DNA from: an uncultured Chloroflexia bacterium
GTDB taxonomy: Bacteria; Chloroflexota; Chloroflexia; Thermomicrobiales; UBA6265
DNA: 64,000 nucleotides
Assembly: GCA_963724295.1 (NCBI GenBank)
Contig: CAVRUC010000007.1
Location: 320,001 to 384,000 of the forward strand
Reading direction: 5' to 3'
A program made the position numbers and the translations under genes. The notes under the pieces are model-generated. The model was not told where the DNA came from, did no database searches, and saw nothing but the letters and a program-made list of their open reading frames with translations. This document shows positions 43,232-53,893 of this stretch, in pieces; position 1 is the first letter of the stretch; every line of letters begins with the position of its first letter.

Positions 43232-44050
43232 GTGAGACTCGTTGCTTCGCGCACAGACGGATTACAGAACGCCACACTCGTTATCGTCTCGATCGCCGGT
43301 CTCCTGGCATTCTTCCTGCCGTTTCTGATCTCGGCCCTGCCGAATGCAGGCGGCCAGGTCTCGTCGCGAACGGTTGAGGCGTCGCTGCTCCTGGCACTCA
43401 TCGTCGGCGGATCACTGATCGTGACCGTCGCGGAGCTCGTTCGCGGACCGGGCTCAGGCAATCAGGCCCGTTCCGTGGCCTTGCTGGGAGCGCTGGTAGC
43501 CATCGACGCTACGCTTCGCCTTGTGCCCTCATTTCTTGGAGCGTCGCCGATCTTCGCGCTCATCGTGCTCGTGGGCTATGTCTTCGGTCCCCGCTTCGGC
43601 TTTGTGATGGGTACCCTCACGCTGTTGCTCTCCGCGGCGATCACGGCCGGGGTCGGTCCGTGGCTTCCCTTCCAGATGCTGTGCACGGGATGGATCGGCG
43701 TCGCCGCGGGCTGGTTGCCACGATGGACATCGGCTCGTGCCGAACTGGCCACCGCGGCGGCGCTCGGCGCGCTCACGGGATTTGCCTACGGAGCGTTGAT
43801 GAATCTCTACTCGTGGCCATTTGCTGCTCCCGGTGTGACCGAAGACGTGGGACTCTATTGGTCACCGGGACTGTCCCTGTTCGAAAGCATCGAGCGCTAC
43901 GCGGCATTTTATGTAACGACCTCGCTCCTGCACGATACGACCAGAGCCATGGCCACCGCTTTCCTCATCGTTGTCGCCGGTGCGCCGGTGCTGCGGTTGC
44001 TGCGGCGCTTTCACGGCCGCGCGGCCTGGTCCACTTCACTGCCACGGTAG
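43232..44050 (+). CDS. ECF transporter S component (CbrT-like, possibly cobalamin)
   Basis: Multi-TM protein with G.VFGPRFGF.MG and GVGPWLPFQM motifs; start approximate. Confidence 0.75.
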   Translation: MRLVASRTDGLQNATLVIVSIAGLLAFFLPFLISALPNAGGQVSSRTVEASLLLALIVGGSLIVTVAELVRGPGSGNQARSVALLGALVAIDATLRLVPSFLGASPIFALIVLVGYVFGPRFGFVMGTLTLLLSAAITAGVGPWLPFQMLCTGWIGVAAGWLPRWTSARAELATAAALGALTGFAYGALMNLYSWPFAAPGVTEDVGLYWSPGLSLFESIERYAAFYVTTSLLHDTTRAMATAFLIVVAGAPVLRLLRRFHGRAAWSTSLPR

Positions 44051-44204
44051 AAAAACAGAAAGCGTGCCCCGCTCCGTGGTCGACCCCGGGGAACCGAGCG
44101 ATCCACCGCGGTCGCCATTTTGTGACCACACAGTCACAGCTCTGCCGTCTCTGTACGTACACCCCTCGCTCAGTCGCGGGAACTGGAACGGGCATGCTGA
44201 CACG

Positions 44205-44284
44205 TTGGCACATATTGTGTTTCCAGGTTCGCCTTAGTACTATATGTCGTACTGCGGAAGCGGAGTGGCCTCGATATGTAGCCC
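44205..44284 (+). promoter_or_regulatory. three tandem NrdR-box-like sites at 32-bp spacing upstream of nrdJ
   Basis: TTGGCACATATTGTGT (44205), GTACTATATGTCGTAC (44237), CCTCGATATGTAGCCC (44269) compared with consensus acaCwAtATaTwGtgt. Confidence 0.75.
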
Positions 44285-44379
44285 CGCGAGGTGTGTTGGC
44301 GCGAGAACTTCACCGGATGGTAGTCGCGACCGGAACGGGCCGGTTACCTGCGATTCGGTGATGTTGGTGACGAGGGCGG

Positions 44380-47300
44380 ATGATGAAGGCAAACGGACGA
44401 GGCAGCAAGACCGGACTGAAAGTCGAGCGACGGTTCACCGCCGACAGCGAAGACGCTTACTCGAGCGTCGAATGGTCCACGCGGACATCGCGCATCACGA
44501 ATCCGGACGGCACCGTCGTCTTCGAGATGGCCGATGCCGAGGTGCCAGCCGAGTGGTCGCAGGTCGCGTCCGACATCATGGTCTCGAAGTATTTCCGCAA
44601 AGCGGGCGTGCCTCAGGTCGACGCATCAGGTAGTCCGCTGCTCGACGAGTCGGGCAAGCCTGTCCTCGGCCCCGAGCGATCGGCGCGACAGGTGATCGGA
44701 CGATTGACCGGTGGCTGGCGGCACTGGGGCGAGAGCAACGGCTACTTTGCGACGGCCTCCGATGCCAAGGCGTTCCAGGACGAGCTCGCCTACATGCTCG
44801 TCCACCAGATGGCGGCGCCGAACTCCCCCCAGTGGTTCAACACCGGGTTGGCCTGGGCCTACGGCATCACCGGACCCGCCCAGGGTCACTATTTCGTCGA
44901 TCCCGCCGACGGGCAGGTGAAAGCCAGCGACGATGCCTACACGCGCCCGCAACCCCACGCCTGCTTCATCCAGAGCGCAAACGACTCGCTGGTCGAACCG
45001 GGGGGGTTGATGGACCTCTGGGTTCGCGAAGCGCGCATCTTCAAGTACGGATCGGGAACGGGGACGAATTTCTCCGCGGTCCGTGGTGAGGGCGAGCCGC
45101 TGTCGGGCGGTGGCACCTCATCGGGTTTGATGAGTTTTCTGCGGGTCGGAGATCGCGCGGCGGGCGCCATCAAGAGCGGCGGCACCACGCGCCGTGCCGC
45201 GAAGATGGTCATCGTCGACGTCGATCACCCAGACGTCGAAAAGTTCGTCAACTGGAAAGTCGACGAGGAGAAGAAAGTCGCCGCGCTCATCGCCGCTGGC
45301 TATCCGAGCGATTTCAATGGTGAGGCCTACGCGACAGTCTCCGGCCAGAATTCGAACAACTCCGTCCGCGTCAGCGAGGAATTCCTCGAGGCGGTCGAGC
45401 GCGATGAGGATTGGCACCTGCGGTGGCGGACCGACCCTTCGCATGTCAGCAAGACCGTCAAGGCGCGCGAGCTTTGGCGGCAGATCGCGGAAGCGGCCTG
45501 GCAGTGCGCCGATCCGGGTCTTCAGTTCGATACGACGATCAACGACTGGCACACCTGCCCGGAGGCCGGGCGCATCAATGCCAGCAACCCGTGTTCCGAG
45601 TACATGTTCCTCGACAACACGGCCTGCAACCTGGCATCGCTCAACCTGCTGAAGTTCCTCGATCTGGAGACCGGCCAGTTCGACGTCGACGCGTTTCGCC
45701 ACGCGGTTCGGCTGTGGACGATCGTGCTCGAGATCAGCGTGTTGATGGCGCAATTCCCTAGCGAAGAGATCGCCCGGCTGTCATTTGACTACCGAACGCT
45801 TGGCCTTGGCTACGCCAACCTGGGCACCGTGCTGATGTTGCTCGGCATGCCGTACGACTCGGATCAGGCGCGAGCCTACGCCGGGGCGCTGACGGCGCTG
45901 ATGACGGGCGAGAGCTACGCGGCCTCGGCCGAGCTGGCCGGCCACCTGGGACCCTTTCCCGGCTTCGCCGCCAACCGGGAGCACATGCTGCGCGTGATCC
46001 GCAATCACCGGCGCGCGGCGTACGACGTGGCGCCATCTGAGTATGAGCGGCTTTCCGTCTTGCCAATGCCGATCTCCGCCGACCACGTCCCCGCATCACT
46101 GCTGGATGCCGCGCGTGAAGCCTGGGACCGCGCGCTGGCGGACGGCGAGCGATACGGCTACCGCAACGCGCAGACGACCTTGCTTGCCCCGACCGGCACG
46201 ATCGGGCTGTTGATGGACTGCGACACCACCGGGGTGGAGCCCGATTTCGCGTTGGTGAAATTCAAGAAGCTCGCCGGTGGCGGCTACTTCAAGATCGCCA
46301 ACCAGAGCATCGAACCCGCGCTGCGCAACCTTGGGTACTCCGCCGCCGAGCGGCAGGCCATCCTGACCTACGTGTTGGGAACGATGACGCTCGAGGGCGC
46401 GCCGCACATCAACCGCGGTTCCCTGCTGGAACGCGGCTTCGTGGACGGAGACGTCGACAAGATCGAGGCGGCGCTGCCGGGAGTCTTCGAGCTTGGATTC
46501 GCGTTCAACATCTGGGCGCTCGGCGAAGACGCATTGCAGCGGGCGGGAGTCTCGGCCGCGGATGCGAGCCGGCCCGGATTTGACCTTCTGCGAGCGCTTG
46601 GGTTCAGCCAGCGCGAGATCGATGAGGCGAACGCCGTCATCTGCGGGTCGATGACAGTCGAGGGCGCTCCATTCCTGCGGGAGGAGCATCTGCCGGTCTT
46701 TGATTGCGCCAACAAGTGCGGCAAGACCGGAACGCGCTTCATCCACCACATGGGTCACATCCGCATGATGAGCGCCGCACAGAGCTTCCTTTCGGGCGCC
46801 ATCTCCAAGACGATCAACATGCCGAACGAGGCGACCGTCGAGGATGTGCTCGACGCCTATGAGCAGAGCTGGCGGCATGGCATCAAGGCCATGGCCCTCT
46901 ACCGCGATGGTTCGAAGCTGAGCCAGCCTCTGTCCGCCAAGAGCGACTCCACCGTTTCCGCGGAAGCCGCATCGGCCAAAGAAAGCGAGATCGAGCTTCG
47001 CATCGAGCAGGCGACCGCGGAGGCCGTGACCGAAGCACTCGCTCGCGCTCGCGCCGAGTGGGAGCAGGAACGGGCGGCTGCCGCGGCGAAAACACCGGCG
47101 GCAGTCGCGGCCCCGGCGCAGCCGGTTCGCCGCCGGCTACCGGCACGGCGCGGAGGTTTCACTCAGGAAGCTCGAGTCGCGGGAAACAAGGTCTTCCTGC
47201 GCACGGGCGAGTACGAGGATGGCACGATCGGCGAGATCTTCATCGACATGCACAAGGAGGGCGCTGCCTTCCGCTCGATGATCAACTGCTTCGCCATCGC

Positions 47301-47826
47301 TATTTCAAAGGGCTTGCAGTACGGCGTGCCGCTAGAGGAGTTTGTCGAGACATTCACCTTCACCCGATTCGAACCGCAGGGCATGGTTTCCGGTCACCCG
47401 AATATCAAGATGGCCACGTCGATCATCGATTACGTCTTCCGGGTGCTAGGCCTGGAATACCTCGGTCGCACCGATCTGACCCAGGTACCACCCGAGCTCG
47501 ACGAGCCAATGGCTGACGACCAGTCGACCGCGGAGGCGGCGCCCGCATCAGGACCTGGTTCAGCGGTGGCCGAAGGGGGCGAGCCGGCAACCGCGATGAC
47601 CCGGCCGGCGCGGAGCCAGCCTCGCAATGGCCACGGCACGAACGGTCATGCTTCCGACTCGGCCACTGTCGTGTTCGAGTCGACCGCGGCTGTCAGCGTC
47701 ATGAGCGCGCATCTTTCCGAGATGATGGGCGACGCGCCATTCTGCGACGTCTGCGGGCACATCACGGTCCGAAACGGCGCCTGCTACAAGTGTCTGAATT
47801 GCGGCAACAGCCTCGGCTGCTCGTAG
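44380..47826 (+). CDS. nrdJ: vitamin B12-dependent (class II) ribonucleotide reductase
   Basis: [48 protein letters not shown]-terminal CxxC..CxxC zinc ribbon. Confidence 0.96.
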   Translation: MMKANGRGSKTGLKVERRFTADSEDAYSSVEWSTRTSRITNPDGTVVFEMADAEVPAEWSQVASDIMVSKYFRKAGVPQVDASGSPLLDESGKPVLGPERSARQVIGRLTGGWRHWGESNGYFATASDAKAFQDELAYMLVHQMAAPNSPQWFNTGLAWAYGITGPAQGHYFVDPADGQVKASDDAYTRPQPHACFIQSANDSLVEPGGLMDLWVREARIFKYGSGTGTNFSAVRGEGEPLSGGGTSSGLMSFLRVGDRAAGAIKSGGTTRRAAKMVIVDVDHPDVEKFVNWKVDEEKKVAALIAAGYPSDFNGEAYATVSGQNSNNSVRVSEEFLEAVERDEDWHLRWRTDPSHVSKTVKARELWRQIAEAAWQCADPGLQFDTTINDWHTCPEAGRINASNPCSEYMFLDNTACNLASLNLLKFLDLETGQFDVDAFRHAVRLWTIVLEISVLMAQFPSEEIARLSFDYRTLGLGYANLGTVLMLLGMPYDSDQARAYAGALTALMTGESYAASAELAGHLGPFPGFAANREHMLRVIRNHRRAAYDVAPSEYERLSVLPMPISADHVPASLLDAAREAWDRALADGERYGYRNAQTTLLAPTGTIGLLMDCDTTGVEPDFALVKFKKLAGGGYFKIANQSIEPALRNLGYSAAERQAILTYVLGTMTLEGAPHINRGSLLERGFVDGDVDKIEAALPGVFELGFAFNIWALGEDALQRAGVSAADASRPGFDLLRALGFSQREIDEANAVICGSMTVEGAPFLREEHLPVFDCANKCGKTGTRFIHHMGHIRMMSAAQSFLSGAISKTINMPNEATVEDVLDAYEQSWRHGIKAMALYRDGSKLSQPLSAKSDSTVSAEAASAKESEIELRIEQATAEAVTEALARARAEWEQERAAAAAKTPAAVAAPAQPVRRRLPARRGGFTQEARVAGNKVFLRTGEYEDGTIGEIFIDMHKEGAAFRSMINCFAIAISKGLQYGVPLEEFVETFTFTRFEPQGMVSGHPNIKMATSIIDYVFRVLGLEYLGRTDLTQVPPELDEPMADDQSTAEAAPASGPGSAVAEGGEPATAMTRPARSQPRNGHGTNGHASDSATVVFESTAAVSVMSAHLSEMMGDAPFCDVCGHITVRNGACYKCLNCGNSLGCS

Positions 47827-47842
47827 CGCATAGGCCACAATC

Positions 47843-47879
47843 AACAGAAGGGGCCGGCGAAATGCCGGCCCCTTCTGTT
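47843..47879. terminator. probable bidirectional intrinsic terminator between convergent nrdJ and cysK
   Basis: Perfect 16-bp stem AACAGAAGGGGCCGGC-gaaat-GCCGGCCCCTTCTGTT with A-rich and T-rich ends. Confidence 0.8.
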
Positions 47880-47899
47880 TCGCGTCAGCAAAAGCGTCG

Positions 47900-48925
47900 T
47901 CAACCGGCAGACATCGCCGCCGCGGATTCGCGCAGCTCGGCGAAGCCCACCGTGCTGAGATAACGTTCGCCCGTATCCGGCAGCACGACCACGATCAGTT
48001 TTCCGGCGTTCTCGGGGCGGCGAGCGACCTCACGAGCAGCGGCAGCGGCCGCGCCACCGGAGATCCCGCACAACAGCCCCTCTCTGCGCATCAATTCATG
48101 GGTAGCGGCAATGGCTGTCTGAGCGTCGATGTGAACGATCTCATCGTAGATCCCGCGGTCGAGCACGTCCGGCACAAAGTTGGCCCCGATGCCCTGGATC
48201 TTGTGCGGTCCCGCCTCACCGGTCGCCAGGAGCGGAGACTCGGCCGGCTCGACAGCCACAACCTGGAGCTCGGGTTTCAGTTGCTTGAGCACTTGCCCGA
48301 CACCGGTGATCGTGCCACCGGTACCCACGCCACCGACGAGAATGTCGATCTTGCCGTCGGTATCCTCCCAGAGCTCGACGGCGGTCGTGCGCCGGTGGAT
48401 CTCCGGGTTGGCGGGATTCTGGAATTGCTGCGGGATCCAGGCATTCGCCGTCTCGGCGACGATCTGCTCGGCACGGCGCACGGCGCCGGACATGCCCTCG
48501 GAGGCGGGCGTGAGCACGAGCTCCGCGCCATAACCGAGAAGCAGGACGCGGCGTTCCAGACTCATGCTCTCCGGCATCGTCAGGATGAGCCGGTACCCCT
48601 TTGCCGCGGCCACCCAGGCAAGAGCAATGCCCGTGTTGCCACTCGTCGGTTCCACGATTGTGGTCACGCCCGGTTCGATCAGCCCCGCGGCCTCGGCGTC
48701 CTCGATCATCGACACGCCGATGCGGTCCTTGACCGAGTAGCCCGGGCTGAAGGCCTCGATCTTTGCAATGAGAACGCCCGGCGCGCCTTCGCCAAACCGT
48801 GACAAGCGTACGAGCGGGGTGTTGCCAATCAGCTCCGTGGCGTCTTCGGCGATGGCAGGGCGATGGCGACGCGGCGTGAGGCTTGTGTCGACGTTGCTGT
48901 CAGGTCCGACCGCCGTATCTGTCAT
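47900..48925 (-). CDS. cysK: cysteine synthase A (O-acetylserine sulfhydrylase)
   Basis: [44 protein letters not shown]. Confidence 0.95.
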   Translation of the reverse strand: MTDTAVGPDSNVDTSLTPRRHRPAIAEDATELIGNTPLVRLSRFGEGAPGVLIAKIEAFSPGYSVKDRIGVSMIEDAEAAGLIEPGVTTIVEPTSGNTGIALAWVAAAKGYRLILTMPESMSLERRVLLLGYGAELVLTPASEGMSGAVRRAEQIVAETANAWIPQQFQNPANPEIHRRTTAVELWEDTDGKIDILVGGVGTGGTITGVGQVLKQLKPELQVVAVEPAESPLLATGEAGPHKIQGIGANFVPDVLDRGIYDEIVHIDAQTAIAATHELMRREGLLCGISGGAAAAAAREVARRPENAGKLIVVVLPDTGERYLSTVGFAELRESAAAMSAG

Positions 48926-49049
48926 GATGACCCCACATTTCTAGAAACTCATGCTCGGGAAGAGTCGTCTCGAGGAATACTAGAGTTTTGGATCAAATTT
49001 AGCAAAGTTCGTCGGCGATTCAGTTGGTTTGCGGTTTTCGCCAGGGCCC

Positions 49050-49745
49050 CTATCCGGGGATTCTGCCAATATCAACCTGATAATCATGTTCGCTGCCTAG
49101 CCAGGCCGCGCCATCGGCGTAGTGCTCCTTCTTCCAGATTGGCACGATCTCCTTGATCCGCTCGATCGCGTAGCGGCAGGCCTCGAATGCGGCGTCGCGA
49201 TGCGGCGAGGCCACGCTGATGACGACGCTCGCTTCTCCGACCGCCAGCGAGCCGACGCGATGGGCGATGGCCACGTGGTCGATTCCCCAGCGTTCCCGAA
49301 TCTCGTCGCCAATCTGCGCCATAGTCAGCTCAGCGGCTGGCGCATAGGCCTCGTATTCGAGATGGGTCACCGCCTGGCCTCGGCCGTGGTCTCGCACCGT
49401 CCCGATGAACGTTGCGATGGCGCCGGCTCCCGGGTGCGCAACCAGCGACTCCGTGAATCGGGGATCGAGAGCTTCCGACTGAACAGAGAACCGTGGCTGA
49501 CCACCGCCGCTCACCGGCGGAATCAACGCCAGCTCATCGCCATCGTGGAGCTCATGGTCATGTGTCACATAGGCCTTGTTGACCATCAGCATGGTCACCG
49601 GTCTCATGCGTTCCAGCCGAGGATGTTCACGGGTCAGCTCGTCGAAAACGTCTCCGGTTGTGGCACCCTCGGGCAGCTGCCTCCGCTCGGCGGAGCGACC
49701 GACGATCTCACGGATGATGGCGAAGAACCGAATGTCGACGTCCAC
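49050..49745 (-). CDS. moaE: molybdopterin synthase MoaD-MoaE linear fusion (MoaX-like)
   Basis: N-terminal ubiquitin-like domain ending LIPPVSGG, fused to MoaE (GAIATFIGTVR, LEYEAY, HRVG.L, PIWKKE). Confidence 0.92.
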   Translation of the reverse strand: MDVDIRFFAIIREIVGRSAERRQLPEGATTGDVFDELTREHPRLERMRPVTMLMVNKAYVTHDHELHDGDELALIPPVSGGGQPRFSVQSEALDPRFTESLVAHPGAGAIATFIGTVRDHGRGQAVTHLEYEAYAPAAELTMAQIGDEIRERWGIDHVAIAHRVGSLAVGEASVVISVASPHRDAAFEACRYAIERIKEIVPIWKKEHYADGAAWLGSEHDYQVDIGRIPG

Positions 49746-49753
49746 GTGAGCGT

Positions 49754-49981
49754 CTAGAAGTCGCTCAAGTGGACTTTGAGCCGTTTCAGCAGCGCCTGCG
49801 CGGCGACCCGGTTTCCTTCGGCTACCGTGCGAAAAACCGTCGCCGCGTCAGCATCTCCGGCTGCCTCGGCATCCCCCGCGTACTCCAACATCTTCTCCAC
49901 GCCCTGGAGCAGGTTACCGACGGTCTGGATGATGTCGTAGACGACGTTCGGGACGCCGTATTTCATTTCTCCGGGTTCCAT
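49754..49981 (-). CDS. small helical hypothetical protein
   Basis: ATG after GAGGAG; N..YD.I....LQG....Y..DA...GD pattern, resembling small ferritin-like helical hairpins (inference). Confidence 0.65.
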   Translation of the reverse strand: MEPGEMKYGVPNVVYDIIQTVGNLLQGVEKMLEYAGDAEAAGDADAATVFRTVAEGNRVAAQALLKRLKVHLSDF

Positions 49982-50123
49982 TCCGGTCTCCTCTCGATGG
50001 CCGCGTTCGGTCGACAAGACTTATCACTGCAATCCTGGTTGCCTCGCCTCGATGGTACCAGCGCCGGCATGGACCTGCTGACCCAACGTGCCCACCAGGC
50101 GGACACGTGGTCGACGCTAGGGT

Positions 50124-51402
50124 TTACTCGTTGTCGCCGGTTTCCAGTGGCCCCACCAGGATCGCCTCGACGGACGATCCGGCGCGTATGGGATCGACGC
50201 CGGGCGGGACCAGGATCAACGCGTTGGCGCCCACGAGCGACGCCAATCGCGAGGACGCCTGCGGTCCCGTGGTCGATGCCTTCAAGTGACCGTCGGAGTC
50301 GACGCGAGCGACGGCCCGCTGGAACTCGATGCGATCGGATGGCCGCACGCTGTGATCGAGCCGCACTCGGGCACGAGGACGATCGATCACCGTCGCCCCC
50401 AGCATGGTCCGCAACGCGGGTCGGATGAAGACCTCGAAACCGACGAGCGCGGAAACGGGATTACCCGGCAGGCTGAATATCAGCGTGTCACCCGACGTAG
50501 CGAAGTTGAATGGTTTACCCGGCTTCATGAACACCCGCCGGAAATGGACCTCGGCGAGCTCGGAAAGGAGCGGCTTGACGAGATCGAGGTCACCCATCGA
50601 GACGCCGCCACTGGTGATGACGACGTCGCTCGCCGGCAATGCGCTCGATCAGTGATGACCTCAGGGCGGCGGCATCGTCCGGGCCACGTCCCGCCCAGAC
50701 GACGTCCGCGCCGGCCTCCTCGAGCGCCGCGATCAGGCTGAAACGATTTGCGTCGCGGATCTGCCCCGGGCCAGGCGTTTCACCAGGCTCGACAAGCTCG
50801 TTCCCGGTCGACAGGACACTTACGCGGGGTCGCCGCACTACCAGTACCGGATCCACACCCAGACCCGCCAGGAGTCCCATCTCGGCGGCACCGAGGAGAC
50901 TCCCCCGCACCAACACGACCGACCCCTTTGCCAGATCGACGCCAACAGGTCGGATGTTCTCGCCAGGCTCGACGCGCTCCTGGTGGACGATCACATGTTC
51001 GTCGGCGAGCTCGGTTGCCTCGACTGGCACTACGGCGGTGGCACCCGGCGGCACCGGCGCCCCCGTCGTGATCCAGGCGGCGGTACCGAGACTGACCTCC
51101 AGGTCGGCAACGTAACCGGCTGACTGACGCCCCACGATCTCGCGCCACGGTGACGGGTCGTCCGCGACGACGGCGTATCCGTCCATCGTCGCCGCCGGGA
51201 ATGGCGGCTGGTCTTCGGCGGCCACCAGATCGTCTGCCAGCACCCGCCACGCCGCCTTAGCCAGTGAAATCGGCTCCGCCGGCAAACGCCAGAGGTACTC
51301 AAAAATCGTCGCCCGCGCCTCGTTGGGGTGGATCATGCGATCGGGATCAACAACCGTCGACACGCTCGTGGTTTCGCCTCCGAACTCATGCACGTCGCGC
51401 AA
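50124..51402 (-). CDS. moeA: molybdopterin molybdotransferase MoeA, split by a +1 frameshift near 50634
   Basis: [33 protein letters not shown]; then [24 protein letters not shown] in the next frame. Confidence 0.9.
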
Positions 51403-51592
51403 CGCCGCACTGCGGGCAATGGTACCCGTGAGGCACCATTGGAAAAACGTGTCGATTCACCTGGCGCCGGGGATCACAGCGCCGTTTTCGGCACGTGAGC
51501 CCAATTCGTTGACTCCGCGCCGAGATTTCTCTACAGTTGCGACACTCGAGCGGCCAAGGAACGTGGAACGATCCCTGAAAGCACCATCTGCA

Positions 51593-53890
51593 ATGTCACC
51601 CAGACGCTCGCTTGCAGCGGAACAAGCGCCCGTCGATCCGCCGACGCTTACCATCCCGGACCCGGTGCCGGCGGCTGCGCGGGCAGAAGACGCGCTGCCA
51701 GCGGAGGTTTGCGCTGCGCTCAATACGCTCCTGGAGACGGTCGGTAAATCCGCTTCTCCCGCCAACGTCGAACTGGTTACCCGAGCCGCGCAGCTTGCTA
51801 TCGAGGCCCACAGCGGGGAAATGCGGCGGTCAGGCGAACCCTACGCCATGCACCCGATCGCCGTGGCGACGATTCTGGCCGGAATGCAACTCGACGCCGA
51901 GACGATCGCCGCGGGTTTACTCCACGACGTTATCGAGGACACGCCGATCACGCTGGAGCGGGTCGAGTCGGAATTCGGTGCGCGAGTGGCACGGCTGGTC
52001 GATGGAGTAACCAAACTCGGCCGCATACCGTGGACAGCCGACGATGGGGACGGACCTGGTTCCCGTGAGAACGCGCAACAGGCCGAGAACCTGCGCAAGA
52101 TGTTCCTGGCGATGGTGGACGACATCGGGGTCGTTCTCATCAAGCTGGCTGACCGGCTGCACAACATGCGCACCCTCGACGCGCTGCCGGCGGCCAAACA
52201 AACCCGCATCGCGCAGCAGACCCTGGAGATCTACGCGCCACTGGCGAACAGACTCGGCATCTGGCAGTTCAAATCCGAGCTCGAGGATCTTGCCTTCCGC
52301 GTCATCAATCCGGAGGCGTACAACGCGCTGACGCGTGAATTCGAAAAGCGCGCCCGCGAATCGGCCCCATTCATCGAAGAGGTCAAGGCCGAGCTGCTGG
52401 ACGCGCTGCAAGATGCCGGAATTGAAGCGGAGATCACCGGGCGCACGAAGCACATCTACTCGATCTACCGCAAGATGCTATCCAAGGGCCGGTCGCTCGA
52501 CGAGATCTATGACGTGAATGGCCTTCGCATTCTCGTGAATGACCGTCAGGACTGCTACGGCGCGCTCGGCGTCGTCCACGCGCGCTGGCACCCGCTTCCT
52601 GGCGAGTTCGACGACTACATCGCGACACCCAAGGACAGCATGTATCAGTCCCTGCACACGGCCGTCGTGGGCCCGGGTGGTCATGCGATCGAGATTCAGA
52701 TCCGCAGCTGGGAGATGCACCGCACGGCTGAGCATGGCGTGGCGGCCCACTGGCGCTACAAGGAAGGCAGTCGCGCCGACGCCCGCATCGAAGCCAAAGT
52801 GGCCTGGTTACGACAACTTATGGAGTGGCGTGACCAGGTCGCCGACGCCGAAGAGTTCGTCGAGTCGATGAAGTCCGACGTCTTCAAGGAGCAGATCTAC
52901 GTCTTTACACCGGCCGGAGACATCATCGAGCTGCCCGCCGGCGCGACACCCGTCGACTTTGCCTACCGCATTCACACCGAAGTGGGCCACCAGTGCGTTG
53001 GCGCCAAGGTCAACGATCAGCTCGTTCCGCTCGATTACCGCCTGCAAAACGGTCAGGTGGTGAGAATCCTGACCAGTCGCGCCAAGAGCGGACCAAATCG
53101 CGACTGGCTCCTGTCATCATCCGAATACGTCACGACCGCCTCCGCCCGGGACAAGATCCGGCGCTGGTTCCGCGGCCAGGAACGCGATGAGAACATCGCC
53201 CATGGCCGCGAAATCCTGGAACGAGAACTGCGCCGGCTCAGTGTCGAGCTCAAGCCGGATGACTTGCTGAAGGCATTCCCTCAATACCCGAAGTTTGACG
53301 ACCTGCTCGCCGCCATCGGATACGGTGCGATCTCCGCGCAACGCATCGCGGTCCGTCTCGCCCAGCACGGCGAACAGGAAGTCCTCATCCCAGCCACGAA
53401 TATCCAGGTCCCACGCACGCCGCCTCGCTTGCAAGTGATGGGGGTCGGCGACCTCTTGACAAACCTGGCGACGTGCTGCCGGCCGGTGAATGGCGATGCC
53501 ATCGTCGGGTTCGTCACACGCGGCAGGGGGATCACCGTCCACCGGGTGGACTGCCCGAACATGGTCAATGTGACCGAACCGGAGCGACTGGTGCCGGTCA
53601 CCTGGGGTGACCATGGGGAGGCGACCTTTCCCGTCACCATCCAGATCAAGGCGTGGGACCGGGTAGGTCTCCTCAAGGACGTCAGCACCCTGCTGGCCGA
53701 CGAGCGCGTCAATATCGTCAGCGTCCTGACCACGACGCACGACGACCGCACCGTGACGTTGTACGCCACGGTCGAGGTCGAAGGAATCGGTCAGCTGAGC
53801 ACGATCCTGCAAAAGCTCGAAGGCGTGCGCGAGGTCTACGAGGTGCGCCGGGAGACGAGTGCCGGTCCGGCTCGGTCTTCCTCACTCTAG
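51593..53890 (+). CDS. relA: bifunctional (p)ppGpp synthetase/hydrolase RelA/SpoT
   Basis: R.SGEPY..HP, LLHDVIED (HD), KLADRLHNMRTL, YQSLHT, TGS (DFAYRIHT) and ACT domains; start approximate. Confidence 0.95.
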   Translation: MSPRRSLAAEQAPVDPPTLTIPDPVPAAARAEDALPAEVCAALNTLLETVGKSASPANVELVTRAAQLAIEAHSGEMRRSGEPYAMHPIAVATILAGMQLDAETIAAGLLHDVIEDTPITLERVESEFGARVARLVDGVTKLGRIPWTADDGDGPGSRENAQQAENLRKMFLAMVDDIGVVLIKLADRLHNMRTLDALPAAKQTRIAQQTLEIYAPLANRLGIWQFKSELEDLAFRVINPEAYNALTREFEKRARESAPFIEEVKAELLDALQDAGIEAEITGRTKHIYSIYRKMLSKGRSLDEIYDVNGLRILVNDRQDCYGALGVVHARWHPLPGEFDDYIATPKDSMYQSLHTAVVGPGGHAIEIQIRSWEMHRTAEHGVAAHWRYKEGSRADARIEAKVAWLRQLMEWRDQVADAEEFVESMKSDVFKEQIYVFTPAGDIIELPAGATPVDFAYRIHTEVGHQCVGAKVNDQLVPLDYRLQNGQVVRILTSRAKSGPNRDWLLSSSEYVTTASARDKIRRWFRGQERDENIAHGREILERELRRLSVELKPDDLLKAFPQYPKFDDLLAAIGYGAISAQRIAVRLAQHGEQEVLIPATNIQVPRTPPRLQVMGVGDLLTNLATCCRPVNGDAIVGFVTRGRGITVHRVDCPNMVNVTEPERLVPVTWGDHGEATFPVTIQIKAWDRVGLLKDVSTLLADERVNIVSVLTTTHDDRTVTLYATVEVEGIGQLSTILQKLEGVREVYEVRRETSAGPARSSSL

Positions 53891-53893
53891 CTC

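Noticed and set aside
42710..43461. Long overlapping N-terminal extensions of the PucR and ECF-S ORFs in the ORF track
   Set aside because: Family-typical sequence begins at 43101 (-) and about 43232 (+); the extensions are open-frame artefacts.
43102..44379. Cobalamin riboswitch before the ECF S-component or nrdJ
   Set aside because: No B12-box or conserved GGGAA core arrangement is recognisable by eye; an Infernal scan would be decisive.
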